A stretch of 61,514 bases of DNA from Coriobacteriia bacterium (GCA_030651905.1 JAUSBS010000065.1:1-61514), one strand, 5' to 3'; shown: positions 28,685-38,696, numbered from the stretch's first letter. Numbers and translations: made by a program. Notes: generated by a model not told the origin, from the letters alone.

Positions 28685-29779
28685 CTACGCGGACCATTCT
28701 GACAGTGTGGCGGTCAACTCGGCATCCCCGATCGGGCGTGCCTCCCACAGACCCGGCCCAGTGCTGAGCACGAAACGGATCTCGCCCGCACGGACCTTCT
28801 TGTCCGATCGCATCGCCGACAGGAGCGCCGCCGCATCGTATGGACAGCCCGTGCGAGTCAGCCCGAGCGAGTCGAGAAGGTGATCCTGGCGGACACTCCA
28901 CGCTGGATCGCCGACGCCGATCCGTTCCGCGAGTCGCGCGGCGAAGCGCATGCCCTCGGCGACTGCGATCCCGTGCGCGACCGCTCCGTAGCCGGCCACG
29001 CGCTCGATCGCATGGCCGAGCGTGTGACCGTAGTTGAGCGCCTCGCGCATCCCGGCCTCACGTTCGTCGTGCGACACGACCCGCGCCTTGAACCCGGCTG
29101 CCATGACGACCGCTCGCTCGACCGCGCCCGCAGCGCGCTCACCAAGCGCTGCGGCATCTCGCTCGAGCCCTTCGAGCGACGGGACACCGTCAAGGATCGC
29201 GGACTTCGCGACCTCAGCCATCCCGCTGCGCCACTCACCGGGACCGAGCGTCGCCAGGCATCCCGTATCGGTCAGCACTCCGAGCGGAGGCCAGAACGAC
29301 CCGACGAGGTTCTTCCCCCGCGGGAGGTCGAGACCCGTCTTGCCTCCGATCGAGCTGTCGACCTGCGCGAGCAGTGTCGTAGGGACCTGGAACACGCCGA
29401 TCCCGCGCATGTAGACGGCCGCGCAGAACCCGGCCAGATCCCCGATGACGCCACCGCCGAGTGCGATGACCGCGTCGTCCCTGTTCAACGCGAGTCCGGA
29501 CATCTCCTGCAGCAGTTCACCAGCGCGAGACCACGACTTCGCCGTCTCACCCGGTGGGACCTCGAGCACGACGACACTGACGCCCGCCTCCCGCAAGGAG
29601 GCGACGGCCTCGTCCGCGTAGAGTCCTTTGACCGTCGTGTCAGTGATGATCGCCACGGAGCGCACGCCGCAGCCGGCCACCGATGACCCGATATCCCTGA
29701 GAACGCCCGAGCCTATCCTCACCGGGTACGAGCCGGTGCTCGACGAGACCCTGAGTCCGCCGCCGGTCACGATCTGCAC
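28685..29779 (-). CDS. aroB: 3-dehydroquinate synthase
   Basis: 364 aa with motifs GGGVIGDLAGF and NYGHTLGHAIE. Confidence 0.9.
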   Translation of the reverse strand: MQIVTGGGLRVSSSTGSYPVRIGSGVLRDIGSSVAGCGVRSVAIITDTTVKGLYADEAVASLREAGVSVVVLEVPPGETAKSWSRAGELLQEMSGLALNRDDAVIALGGGVIGDLAGFCAAVYMRGIGVFQVPTTLLAQVDSSIGGKTGLDLPRGKNLVGSFWPPLGVLTDTGCLATLGPGEWRSGMAEVAKSAILDGVPSLEGLERDAAALGERAAGAVERAVVMAAGFKARVVSHDEREAGMREALNYGHTLGHAIERVAGYGAVAHGIAVAEGMRFAARLAERIGVGDPAWSVRQDHLLDSLGLTRTGCPYDAAALLSAMRSDKKVRAGEIRFVLSTGPGLWEARPIGDAELTATLSEWSA

Positions 29780-30282
29780 CCGACCGCGGTCACGACAGAG
29801 TCGGCCACCTCACGCGGTGTCCTGCCCGCAGTCGACACCGTCACGTCCGCGGTCGCCTCATAGAGCGCTTCCCGCGACCGGAGCAGCGCCGACGCCATCG
29901 CGACTCCTCCACCGGCGAGCAAAGGTCGCCCCGACGTGTCACCGATGCGGGCGAGCGCCTCTTCGGCGCTCACCTGCAGATACACGACTGTGCCGAGTCG
30001 CTTGAGAAGCGAGCGGTTCGCGTCATCGAGCACGACGCCCCCGCCGCACGCGATGACCGCGTGATCGGATCCGGAAAGCGCCTCGAGAGCGGCCGACTCC
30101 ACGGCGCGGAATCCCGACTCCCCTTGCGCCGCGAAGATCTCCTCGATGGTGCGCCCGCCGGTAGCGACGACCTGTGCATCAAGGTCGAGGAACGGCATGC
30201 CGAGCGACTCTCCCACGAGGCGCCCGACCGTGGACTTGCCCGATCCCATGAATCCGATGAGGAGAACGTGTCGAGGCATCAT
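29767..30282 (-). CDS. aroK: Shikimate kinase
   Basis: 171 aa with P-loop GFMGSGKST. Confidence 0.9.
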   Translation of the reverse strand: MMPRHVLLIGFMGSGKSTVGRLVGESLGMPFLDLDAQVVATGGRTIEEIFAAQGESGFRAVESAALEALSGSDHAVIACGGGVVLDDANRSLLKRLGTVVYLQVSAEEALARIGDTSGRPLLAGGGVAMASALLRSREALYEATADVTVSTAGRTPREVADSVVTAVGCRS

Positions 30283-30294
30283 CGCTCCTGCGCC

Positions 30295-31443
30295 CTACCG
30301 GGCGATGCGTTCACGGTACGCGGAGAGCGCGCCGAGCAGGTCGACCATGCTGTCGCAACCGAACTTCCTGCAGTAGGCGTCGGCGAGGACCACGGCGACC
30401 TCCGCCTCGGCGACGACCGCGGCGGCTGGCACGGCACACACGTCCGAACGCTCCTTCGAGGCGTCAGCCGGCTCGTGGGTCTCGACATCGACGGTGCGCA
30501 ACGGCCTCATCAGCGTCGGTATCGGCTTCATCGACGCGCGCAGCACGATCGTCTCGCCGTTCGACATGCCGCCTTCGATGCCTCCGGCGTGATTCGTCGT
30601 CCGTGAATAGCCCTCGCCGGGCGCGTACACGATGGGATCGTGCACAGCGGATCCGGGAAGCGCAGCGGAACCGAGCCCGTCGCCGATCTCCACCGCCTTG
30701 ATCGCCGGCACCGACATGATCGCGGCAGCGAGCCGCCCGTCCAGACGCAGCACGGCGTCCGCGTAGCCCCCGATCCCGGGAACGACGCCTGCGGCCGCCA
30801 CGGCGAAGACACCCCCGAGACTCTCCCCGCTCTCGCGCGCCACGTCGATGGCCGCGCGCATAGCGGCTGCGGCCTGCGGGTCCGGACAGCGGACATCCGA
30901 CCCCTCCACGAGCGCGGTCTCGACCCGGGCCGAATCGATTCTGCCGCACGTGGCCTCGCCTATCCGTTCGACCCACGAGAAGACCTGTACGCCCGCCTGG
31001 GCGAGAAGCGCTCGCGCGATCCCGCCCGCCGCGACCCGGGCTGCCGTCTCGCGCGCGCTTGCCCGTTCGAGCACGTCACGCGCATCACACGTGGATGTCT
31101 TGAGCATGCCGGGCAGATCGGCGTGACCCGGCCTCGGAGTCGTGAGTCTGGCCCGCGTGGAAGCCTCGCCGAACGGTGCCATCACGTCGGTCCAGTTCTC
31201 CCAGTCCCGGTTGACGACGCCGATCGCCACCGGAGCTCCGGTCGTGACGCCGCAGCGCACACCCGCCAGCACCGCGGCGCGATCGGTCTCGATGGCCATG
31301 CGGCCCCCGCGCCCGTAGCCGCGCTGTCGACGCGCCAGGTCGGCGTCCAAGGCCTCCTGCGTCACGACGACGCCTGCGGGGACACCCGTCACGATGGTGA
31401 CCATGGTCTGCCCGTGCGATTCGCCCGCTGTCCGGTACTCCAC
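30295..31443 (-). CDS. aroC: Chorismate synthase
   Basis: 382 aa with a GTG start: MEYRTAGESHGQ...RRQRGYGRGGRM. Confidence 0.95.
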   Translation of the reverse strand: MEYRTAGESHGQTMVTIVTGVPAGVVVTQEALDADLARRQRGYGRGGRMAIETDRAAVLAGVRCGVTTGAPVAIGVVNRDWENWTDVMAPFGEASTRARLTTPRPGHADLPGMLKTSTCDARDVLERASARETAARVAAGGIARALLAQAGVQVFSWVERIGEATCGRIDSARVETALVEGSDVRCPDPQAAAAMRAAIDVARESGESLGGVFAVAAAGVVPGIGGYADAVLRLDGRLAAAIMSVPAIKAVEIGDGLGSAALPGSAVHDPIVYAPGEGYSRTTNHAGGIEGGMSNGETIVLRASMKPIPTLMRPLRTVDVETHEPADASKERSDVCAVPAAAVVAEAEVAVVLADAYCRKFGCDSMVDLLGALSAYRERIAR

Positions 31444-31500
31444 GACGCCTCCCGCACCCGCGTCGAACGGTCTCGATCCTACCCCGGCTCCATAAGCGAA

Positions 31501-31529
31501 CGGGGCGGTCCGCTTCGAGGACCACCCCG
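31501..31529 (-). terminator. Hairpin after the last pilus-locus gene
   Basis: cgggg-c-ggtcc / ggacc-a-ccccg around the loop gcttcga (10 bp plus one mismatch), 32 nt after the stop at 31561. Confidence 0.45.
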
Positions 31530-31560
31530 CATGGAGGCTCGTCGAGCGCGGCGACCGGCG

Positions 31561-32157
31561 CTACTTCGTCTGGACGCCCTGTCCGACGGTGAGAACGATC
31601 TGTGAGTCGCCGTACAGCATCGTCGCGCTGTTGGTGCCGACCGTGACCACCTGCCACGGGGTGCTACCCAGCTGCTCGCCCGCCGCGAGGGTGTACATGG
31701 TCGCGCCGAGTCTCAGGACCGCCTTGCGAACACCGTTCTCCTCGATGATCTCGAGCAGCGTGAGTGTGTTCTCGTCGTCAGTGCTCGCCGCGGACCCTTC
31801 GACGGCCGTTGCGCTCGAAGGCACGACGACAGGCTGGAACGGGTCGCGTGGCGTGAACACTTCGCTGTTCTCGATCATCGGAACGGCCGCGACGACCGAC
31901 GTGCTCGCCTGAGAGCCGGCGGTCTGTGTGGTCACGATGCTTCCGGGGATCTCCTCGACCGCCGTCTGGAACAGGCTGAAGCCGATGGCGCCGAGAACGA
32001 TGACGGCCACCACCGTCACGATCGTCAGCAAGACGACGATCGCACCGCCGATGATGACGATCTTGCCCAGCGTGGTCGCGAAGAACGCCTTGAACCCCCC
32101 GGGCTTGTCAGGCGCGGGAGCGTCGGGGGTCACGCTCTGGATGGACTCATCGGACAT
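31561..32157 (-). CDS. PilP-like pilus assembly protein (TM anchor, RDPF motif, C-terminal beta domain)
   Basis: 198 aa. It has one TM helix, then TPRDPFQP (PilP proteins carry an R-x-PF motif), then LTLLEIIEENGVRKAVLRLGATMYTLAAGEQLG...VVTVG, which resembles the PilP/GspC homology region. It directly follows pilO. Confidence 0.45.
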   Translation of the reverse strand: MSDESIQSVTPDAPAPDKPGGFKAFFATTLGKIVIIGGAIVVLLTIVTVVAVIVLGAIGFSLFQTAVEEIPGSIVTTQTAGSQASTSVVAAVPMIENSEVFTPRDPFQPVVVPSSATAVEGSAASTDDENTLTLLEIIEENGVRKAVLRLGATMYTLAAGEQLGSTPWQVVTVGTNSATMLYGDSQIVLTVGQGVQTK

Positions 32158-32178
32158 GGCTGCAGCCTCCCGCGGGTG

Positions 32179-32787
32179 TCACTGTCCGACGGCCGGCGCG
32201 GGCTGAACCGCTGCCGGCTGCTGGCTGATCGCATTCATCACATACGCGCGCATAGACACGGAGGCTCCTATATCCGGCGCCTCCGTCGACGTCGTCGAGA
32301 CAGACGCGAGCGGCGTCATCGCCACATCGGTGACACGGATCGCCCTCGTCATACGATTGAGGCGACGCAGGTAGTCGAGCACGTCGGGCCAAGCCCCGGT
32401 GACGCTCGTCGTGATCAGTACCTCTGAATACTGCCCGCCTGCCGTGGGCGCGGGCATGCTCGGGGTGATGTTGTCGAAGCGTATCCCCGCCGCGTTCGAG
32501 ACATCCTGCAACTCGATCACCAGGGCCGGCAACTCCGGCTTCTCCGGGAACTGGTTGCCGATCGCCAGCAGCTCCGCCTGCGTCACGGACGCGTTGGCCT
32601 TGGCCTGCTCGAGCTGTGCCAGGAGGCCCTTCGTCTGCGCGATCTGATCGTTGGCGGCCTGCAGCTCGGCCTCGAGCGTCGACATCTCCCCGAACTTGGG
32701 GACGATGAGCAGGGCCACGCCAGCGATCACGACGACCGCCATGAGCGCGATCACCGCGAGCATCTTCTGCATCGACGTCAGTTTCAT
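32179..32787 (-). CDS. pilO: Type IV pilus assembly protein PilO
   Basis: 202 aa with a TM helix, a coiled coil (EAELQAANDQIAQTKGLLAQLEQAK) and a C-terminal domain. It lies after pilN. Confidence 0.7.
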   Translation of the reverse strand: MKLTSMQKMLAVIALMAVVVIAGVALLIVPKFGEMSTLEAELQAANDQIAQTKGLLAQLEQAKANASVTQAELLAIGNQFPEKPELPALVIELQDVSNAAGIRFDNITPSMPAPTAGGQYSEVLITTSVTGAWPDVLDYLRRLNRMTRAIRVTDVAMTPLASVSTTSTEAPDIGASVSMRAYVMNAISQQPAAVQPAPAVGQ

Positions 32788-32818
32788 CGACTCGCCTCGT
32801 TCATCGGGTCGCTACCTG

Positions 32819-33487
32819 TCATTGGCTCGGCGGGGCAGGAACGCCCGGACTACTTGCAGTCGCGGTTGCGGGAGCGGAGATCTCGGCGGTCACACCGAAC
32901 GTGATGAAGAAGTCGGTCTGTGCGATGCTCCCGGTCGCAGCGGCCGGCTTCACCGAGTTGGTGAGCCACACGCCGTCGAGTTGCTGAAGCTCAGCCAAGC
33001 GTGAAAGCAGCTTCGCAATCGACCGGTAGCCGAGGTCGGGAACGTCGTTGGGCACATCGAGCGCCTTGCCGCCGATGGTGAGCTGGCCCGGCGTGCCGGG
33101 TAGACCGGCCGCGCCCGCTAGCGGCTGGGCGGCACCCATCTGGATGAGGTAGATGTCACTCGGCAGCACGAGCGCCACCTCGGAAAGAAGCCGCGACCAG
33201 TCGACACGGCCGGCAAGCGCGCTGGCGACGATGCCGCGCCGAACCGCGAGGTCGGCCTGCTTCTCCTGGAATATCTGGAAGCGCTGTGCCTGCTCTCCGA
33301 GTACGGCCGCCTGTTGCTTGACGGAGGCGACCTCGCCTTGCTTCATCGAGACCTGCAACTGCAGGAGCATGAACACTCCCGCGAACACGACCGCAGCGAC
33401 GATGCCGCCGATGATGACCCACTGCCAGCGGTGCTCGTCCTTGCGCTTCTGCCCTATCTCGGGAGGAAGGAGGTTGATGCGTATCAC
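32819..33487 (-). CDS. pilN: Type IV pilus assembly protein PilN
   Basis: MIRINLLPPEIGQKRK followed by a TM helix. GTGA overlap with pilM. Confidence 0.8.
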   Translation of the reverse strand: MIRINLLPPEIGQKRKDEHRWQWVIIGGIVAAVVFAGVFMLLQLQVSMKQGEVASVKQQAAVLGEQAQRFQIFQEKQADLAVRRGIVASALAGRVDWSRLLSEVALVLPSDIYLIQMGAAQPLAGAAGLPGTPGQLTIGGKALDVPNDVPDLGYRSIAKLLSRLAELQQLDGVWLTNSVKPAAATGSIAQTDFFITFGVTAEISAPATATASSPGVPAPPSQ

Positions 33488-34635
33488 GTCGTCATACCCC
33501 CCATGGCCAGACCGATGGCCGCGACAGCGCCCATCCTGTCAGCCTGCACGAGCGTCGCTGCCTGTGGCGCGACCTGGATCCAAGAGAGAGGGTCGGCGAG
33601 TTTGACCTCGGCCTGAAGTCCTTTTTCGAGATAGCCCGCCAGGAAACGCAACTGTGCGCCGCTCCCGGTCAGCAGGATCTTGCGGATCGTGCGCACCTGC
33701 GTCGCCTGCGTGAGGTAGTAATCGAGCGATCGGCGGACCTCGGCGATGAACTTGCTCACCTCGCGCTCGAGCGCGTCCTGAGCCGTCTGGGCGCGCACCG
33801 GATCGATGTCCGACGGGAAGTCGCTCTGCCCGTGCTGATTGATGTCCGGCAGGCCGACCCGCAGCTTGAGATCCTCTGCTTCGTCGAAGGTGAGGTTGAG
33901 AGAGTTCGCGATCGCCTGCGTGAACTGGTTGCCCGCCAGCGCGGAGACACGAGTGAAGCGCGGGATCCCCTTCTCGACCACGGCGATGTTGGTGAGACCG
34001 GCCGAGATGTGGATGATGCCGGTCGCCTCGCCCGCTTCATCGGCCTCGTCGGGCAGCACGCTGGTGCTCGCACCCATGAGCGCACGCACGATGGCGAACG
34101 ACGTCACGTCGATCTGCTGGAGCCGCAGGCCCGCTTCCTCCACTGCGCGCACGGCGTTGCCGATCATGTCGCGCTGCGCGGCGACGAGCAGAACCTCCAT
34201 CATGTGCTCGTCCGTGGAGGTCATGTAGTCGCCGATGATCTGGAAGTCCAGGATCGCGTCCTCGATGGGGATCGGGATATAGTCCTGCGCCTGGTACTGG
34301 ATCGCCCCCTGGAGCTCGGAGCGTTCCATGTAGGGAAGATCGATAAGTCGAACGACGACCTTCTGGTTGGACACGCCGATCGTGCAGTCTCTCGGGTGCA
34401 GTCCAGACGAGCGGACCATCTCGCGAACGGAGGCGGCGACCGCCTCGACATCCACGATCTCGCCCTCGACCACGGCCCCCATCGGAACGCTGACCATGGC
34501 GTAGCCGGTGAGCATGAAACTACCGCCCACAGGTTTGACCTGGGCTACCCTGATGTGGTCGGTGCCGATGTCCAGGCCGACAACGACCGGAGACGGACCG
34601 AGGGAGATCGGAGCCACTGGAGTCCCCCACTTCAC
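33484..34635 (-). CDS. pilM: Type IV pilus assembly ATPase-like protein PilM
   Basis: Actin-like fold (VVGLDIGTDHIRVAQV). The start is uncertain: I chose GTG 34633-34635, while the track start at 34704 would run through a promoter-like stretch. Confidence 0.8.
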   Translation of the reverse strand: MKWGTPVAPISLGPSPVVVGLDIGTDHIRVAQVKPVGGSFMLTGYAMVSVPMGAVVEGEIVDVEAVAASVREMVRSSGLHPRDCTIGVSNQKVVVRLIDLPYMERSELQGAIQYQAQDYIPIPIEDAILDFQIIGDYMTSTDEHMMEVLLVAAQRDMIGNAVRAVEEAGLRLQQIDVTSFAIVRALMGASTSVLPDEADEAGEATGIIHISAGLTNIAVVEKGIPRFTRVSALAGNQFTQAIANSLNLTFDEAEDLKLRVGLPDINQHGQSDFPSDIDPVRAQTAQDALEREVSKFIAEVRRSLDYYLTQATQVRTIRKILLTGSGAQLRFLAGYLEKGLQAEVKLADPLSWIQVAPQAATLVQADRMGAVAAIGLAMGGMTT

Positions 34636-34849
34636 TGCTACGACTAAGGCTTGAACTGCTGCTGCGGCTATGCTCCTGCTCGATATGGTAGCACACCGCG
34701 GCATTCGTCAACCAGCGAGCCGGCGGCCTCCGCGCAGAGGCGCCGACACATGTCACACAGCCAGTATCGTACACAATGCGGCGGGCAGAGGCCACGCCCG
34801 TGTTTCCGCAGGCATCGGCGCCCGAGCGACGCCGCGCATCGCCTGCCCC

Positions 34850-35692
34850 TCAGGCCGCACCGAGCAACGACAGGTACCAGACCCACGCGGCCGGCCCGAC
34901 GAGCACGCTGGCCACTCCACCGAGGGCGAGGTAGGGACCGAAGGGTACACGGTGCGTCGCCGCGGACTCACCGCGCCGGAACGCGTCCAGAAGCCCTGAG
35001 ATGGCGCCTAGCAGACTGCCCACGAAGAGAGCCATAAGCACGAACGGACCCAGGAACACGCCCATCGCGCCAAGGAGCTTCACATCGCCCATTCCCAGTC
35101 CGGTGCGGCCCCGGAGCCGCCCGTAGAGCGCGGCGATCCCGCCGCTCAAGCCGGCGCCGAGAAGCGCTCCCAGAGCGCTTGTGACGAGCGGCTGACCGAG
35201 AAGACCTCCACCGGAGACAGACAACAGCGGGATCGCCTCGATACCCGTCACCTGTGAGACCACGGCGCCTATGAGACCGATAACCGCCAGAGCGCCCACA
35301 AGGGCATTGGGCAGCCGGTACGTGTCGAGGTCTATGAACGTGAGCACCATGAGGATGTAGAAGAACGCGACGCAGACCACGGTCCTAAGCGAGAACCCGA
35401 AGCGCAGTGCGGCGGTCAGCCAGAGAAGTCCCGACAGCAGCTCCACCAGCGGATAGCGCACCGCGATCCGCTCTCCACAGTCCCGGCACCTCCCCGTCAA
35501 CGCCAGCCATGAGAGCACCGGCACGTTGTCATGCCACCTGATCGCGTGGTCACATGCGGGGCAATGCGACCCGGGAGAGACCACGGACTCACCGCGCGGG
35601 AAGCGCCAGACCAGCACGTTGGCGAAACTGCCGAACAGAAGTCCGAACAGCCCGACGGAGAGCAAGAAGAACCACTCAGGCACTGAGTACAC
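34850..35692 (-). CDS. pilD: Prepilin peptidase (A24 family)
   Basis: The start is set at GTG 35690-35692, 4 nt after GGAGG. Zn-finger-like CPACDH...CRDCG and a polytopic body with GMGDVKL. Confidence 0.85.
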   Translation of the reverse strand: MYSVPEWFFLLSVGLFGLLFGSFANVLVWRFPRGESVVSPGSHCPACDHAIRWHDNVPVLSWLALTGRCRDCGERIAVRYPLVELLSGLLWLTAALRFGFSLRTVVCVAFFYILMVLTFIDLDTYRLPNALVGALAVIGLIGAVVSQVTGIEAIPLLSVSGGGLLGQPLVTSALGALLGAGLSGGIAALYGRLRGRTGLGMGDVKLLGAMGVFLGPFVLMALFVGSLLGAISGLLDAFRRGESAATHRVPFGPYLALGGVASVLVGPAAWVWYLSLLGAA

Positions 35693-35817
35693 GGAACCTC
35701 CAGTCGCGTGCGGTGCAAAGTCAGCGTAGCAGAGCGACGGCGCCGTGCGAGGTCCGGGCAACGAGAAGGGCCGGCGGATATCCGCCGGCCCTTCCGAACT
35801 CGAGTGGTATGTGAATC

Positions 35818-36192
35818 CTAGTATGCGTGGACAGGAGCCACGGTACGGAAGTTCGTGCAGTTGAAGTTCTCGCTGGCCGGCACATACGTGTAGGTCGCGT
35901 CGTCACTCGGGCAGGTCGGGAAGGTCTTCACGTACGGCCCAAGATAGTCAGCGCCCGCCATGATTGCAGTCGTGTGTGTGGCCGTGGTCGCCACATGCGC
36001 GGGATCCTCGGCCTTCCACTGCTGGACGGCACCATCGAGGGTGCGGAGGTTCGCGACACAGGTCTTCGCACGCGCGGTGCCGCTTGCGGCGTTGAACACA
36101 GGAATCGCGATGGCAACAAGGATACCGATAATGAGAACGACGACCATGAGCTCTACGAGGGTGAAGCCCTCGTCCTTACGGAACATCTTCAT
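35818..36192 (-). CDS. pilA: Type IV prepilin
   Basis: The start is set at ATG 36190-36192, after a GGAAGGTGGA SD. The class III signal peptide reads MKMFRKDEG/FTLVELMVVVLIIGIL, with Gly at -1, Phe at +1 and Glu at +5. Confidence 0.85.
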   Translation of the reverse strand: MKMFRKDEGFTLVELMVVVLIIGILVAIAIPVFNAASGTARAKTCVANLRTLDGAVQQWKAEDPAHVATTATHTTAIMAGADYLGPYVKTFPTCPSDDATYTYVPASENFNCTNFRTVAPVHAY

Positions 36193-36352
36193 GAGATGTC
36201 CACCTTCCCTTCGTTTCGTCGGTACTGGCACGCGCCTGACGCGCGTTCCTTCCACACTTGAGTATATCGGCACCCGGACAGGCACCTTTAGCACCCTTTC
36301 CGATGGCCGGTGACAACGATCACACCGCCGCATCGACCACCGCCCTTCGTGC

Positions 36353-37570
36353 TCACTTGATCAGAGTGATGACCTGGAACATCGGCATGTACAGTGCGAT
36401 GACGATCGCGCCCACGAGCAGGCCCATTGTAGCCATCATCAGCGGCTCGATGAGCGAAGTGAGGCCATCGACCGCGGTGGACACCTCCTCGTCGTAGAAG
36501 TCCGCGATCTTGTTGAGCATCGCGTCGAGCGCGCCGGTCTCCTCGCCGACGGCGATCATCTGGACCAGCATGGACGGGAAGACCGGCGACTCGGAGAGCG
36601 GCTTGGCGATCGTCTCGCCCTCCTTGATGGCGGACCGAACCTTCTTGACCGCCATCTCCACGACCGCGTTGCCCGACGTCGAACCCACGATCTCAAGCGC
36701 CGACAGGATCGGCACGCCTGCGGAGACCAGCGTGCCGAACGTGCGGGTGAACTTCGCGAGCGCGATCTTGCGGACCATCGAGCCGAAGACCGGCATCCGC
36801 AGCTTGATGCTGTCCCACATGTAGCGTCCCGACTCGGTCCCCTTCCACCAGCGGAAGAGGATGTTGAAGGCGATGACGCCGATCACCGTGAACAGCCCCG
36901 GCAGACCGCGAGAACCCTCGGAGATGGCCACGAGGACCTGGGTCGGCAACGGGAGTTCGCCGCCCATGTCCGAGAACATCTTCTGAAAGACGGGCACGAC
37001 GAACACCATCATCGCGATCAGTATGACCAGCACCAGACCGCCCATCGCGAGCGGATACGTCATCGCCGACTTGATCTTCGCCTTGAGGCGCTGTTCGCTC
37101 TCGAAGTGGTCGGCCACGCGGCTGAGGACCTCGTCGAGAACACCACCGGTCTCCCCCGCGCGGACCATGTTGACGAAGATGGGCGGGAACACCTTGGTAT
37201 GCTTGCTCATCGAGTCGGACAGCGACTGACCGGCCTCGACGTCCTTGCCGACCTGCGCGATGATGATGCGCAGCCCGTCGCTCTCCGTCTGCTGGCCCAG
37301 GATCGTCAGGCACTTCGTCAGCGATAGACCCGCGTTGATCATCGTCGAGAACTGCCGCGCGAAGATCGTCACGTCCTTCGGCTTGACGCCCGTGCCGAAC
37401 TTCAACTGACTCATCTGGCCGATGAGACCGCCGCCGGACTCCTCCAGGCTGACGATGACATAGCCCATCTGACGCAGTCGCGCGGATACGGCCTCCTTGC
37501 CCTCGCCCTCGAGGCTGCCGTCGACGGTCTTGCCCGTCTTGTCGCGTACCGTGTACTTGAAGGTCGCCAT
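36353..37570 (-). CDS. pilC: Type IV pilus platform protein PilC (T2SS F family)
   Basis: 405 aa with the duplicated T2SSF domain architecture and 3-4 TM segments. Confidence 0.9.
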   Translation of the reverse strand: MATFKYTVRDKTGKTVDGSLEGEGKEAVSARLRQMGYVIVSLEESGGGLIGQMSQLKFGTGVKPKDVTIFARQFSTMINAGLSLTKCLTILGQQTESDGLRIIIAQVGKDVEAGQSLSDSMSKHTKVFPPIFVNMVRAGETGGVLDEVLSRVADHFESEQRLKAKIKSAMTYPLAMGGLVLVILIAMMVFVVPVFQKMFSDMGGELPLPTQVLVAISEGSRGLPGLFTVIGVIAFNILFRWWKGTESGRYMWDSIKLRMPVFGSMVRKIALAKFTRTFGTLVSAGVPILSALEIVGSTSGNAVVEMAVKKVRSAIKEGETIAKPLSESPVFPSMLVQMIAVGEETGALDAMLNKIADFYDEEVSTAVDGLTSLIEPLMMATMGLLVGAIVIALYMPMFQVITLIK

Positions 37571-37591
37571 CCTCGGGCCTCTCGTCTTCGC

Positions 37592-38680
37592 CTACTTGTC
37601 GGTCCTGCCGAGCAGGGTCTTGAGCACCGCGGGATCGCTCGCCTGGCTCAGTGCGGTCTCATATGCGATGAGTCCACGTCGGTAGAGATCCGCGAGCGAC
37701 TCGTCCATCGTGCACATCCCGTACTGGTGCCCGGTCTGAAGCGCCGTCGGCAGCTGGTGCGTCTTCGCTTCCCTGATCAGGTTGCGTATGGCCGCTGTCG
37801 GAACGAGCGTCTCGGTGGCCAACACACGTGACCTGCCGTCCAAGGTCGGAAGCAGCTGCTGACTGATTATACCTTGGAGCGTCGCGGATAGCTGGATGCG
37901 TACCTGCTGTTGTTGATGCGGCGGGAAGACATCGATGATCCGATCGATCGTCTGCGTCGAGTCCTGGGTGTGCAGAGTGGCGAACACGAGGTGACCCGTT
38001 TCGGCCGCCGTGAGCGCCGCCGAGACCGTCTCGAGGTCCCGCATCTCCCCGATCAGGATGACGTCGGGATCCTGGCGCAGGATGAACTTGAGCGCATGAC
38101 CGAACGTCTTCGTGTCGGAGCCGACCTCGCGCTGGTTCACGATCGACTTCTGGTGGTGGTGGAGATACTCGATGGGATCCTCCACCGTGATGATGTTCAC
38201 GGACCTGTGGGTGTTGATGTGGTCGATGATCGAGGCAAGCGTCGTGGACTTCCCTGAGCCGGTCGGGCCGGTCACCAGCACGAAGCCCCTCGGCTTGCAT
38301 GCGAACGTCTCGATGATGGGAGGCAGTCCGAGTTCGGAGAACGACTTGATCTCGGCCGGGATCAGCCGGAAGGCGGCTCCCACGCTCCCGCGCTGAAAAT
38401 AGGCGTTCCCTCGGAATCGGGCCTTGCCCGGGATCGCGTGCGCGAAATCGTATTCCCAGGTGCGCTCGAGCGCCTCCCGCTGGTCCTGTTTGAGGATCGC
38501 GTAGAGCAACTCCCGCGTGTCCTGGGTCGTGAGCACCGGTGCTTCGAGTTCGACGAGCGCGCCGTTGAGCCGCATCGTAGGAGCACGGCCGACCGTGACG
38601 TGCAGATCCGAGCCTCCGAGCTCGAGCACTCGCACGAGCAGTTCGTTGATGTCGAGCCCTGTTGCTGTCCCGCTGGACAT
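37592..38680 (-). CDS. pilT: Twitching-motility retraction ATPase PilT
   Basis: 362 aa. Walker A GPTGSGKST and the PilT signature AIRNLIREAKTHQL. Confidence 0.9.
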   Translation of the reverse strand: MSSGTATGLDINELLVRVLELGGSDLHVTVGRAPTMRLNGALVELEAPVLTTQDTRELLYAILKQDQREALERTWEYDFAHAIPGKARFRGNAYFQRGSVGAAFRLIPAEIKSFSELGLPPIIETFACKPRGFVLVTGPTGSGKSTTLASIIDHINTHRSVNIITVEDPIEYLHHHQKSIVNQREVGSDTKTFGHALKFILRQDPDVILIGEMRDLETVSAALTAAETGHLVFATLHTQDSTQTIDRIIDVFPPHQQQQVRIQLSATLQGIISQQLLPTLDGRSRVLATETLVPTAAIRNLIREAKTHQLPTALQTGHQYGMCTMDESLADLYRRGLIAYETALSQASDPAVLKTLLGRTDK

Positions 38681-38696
38681 GGCCCCCCCTGTCCGA

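Noticed and set aside
34636-34849. TTGACG-N15-TACCAT (minus strand, 34711-34685) as a promoter for pilM-N-O.
   Set aside because: The 15-nt spacer is suboptimal, and the region could instead be coding if pilM uses the 34704 start. It is noted here but not strong enough to list as a feature.
36226-36240. TGGCACG-N4-TGAC, reminiscent of a sigma-54 -24/-12 promoter near the pilin gene.
   Set aside because: It lies on the plus strand, pointing away from the pilin gene. The -12 element is poor (TGAC against TTGC), and no sigma-54 activator is present in the locus.
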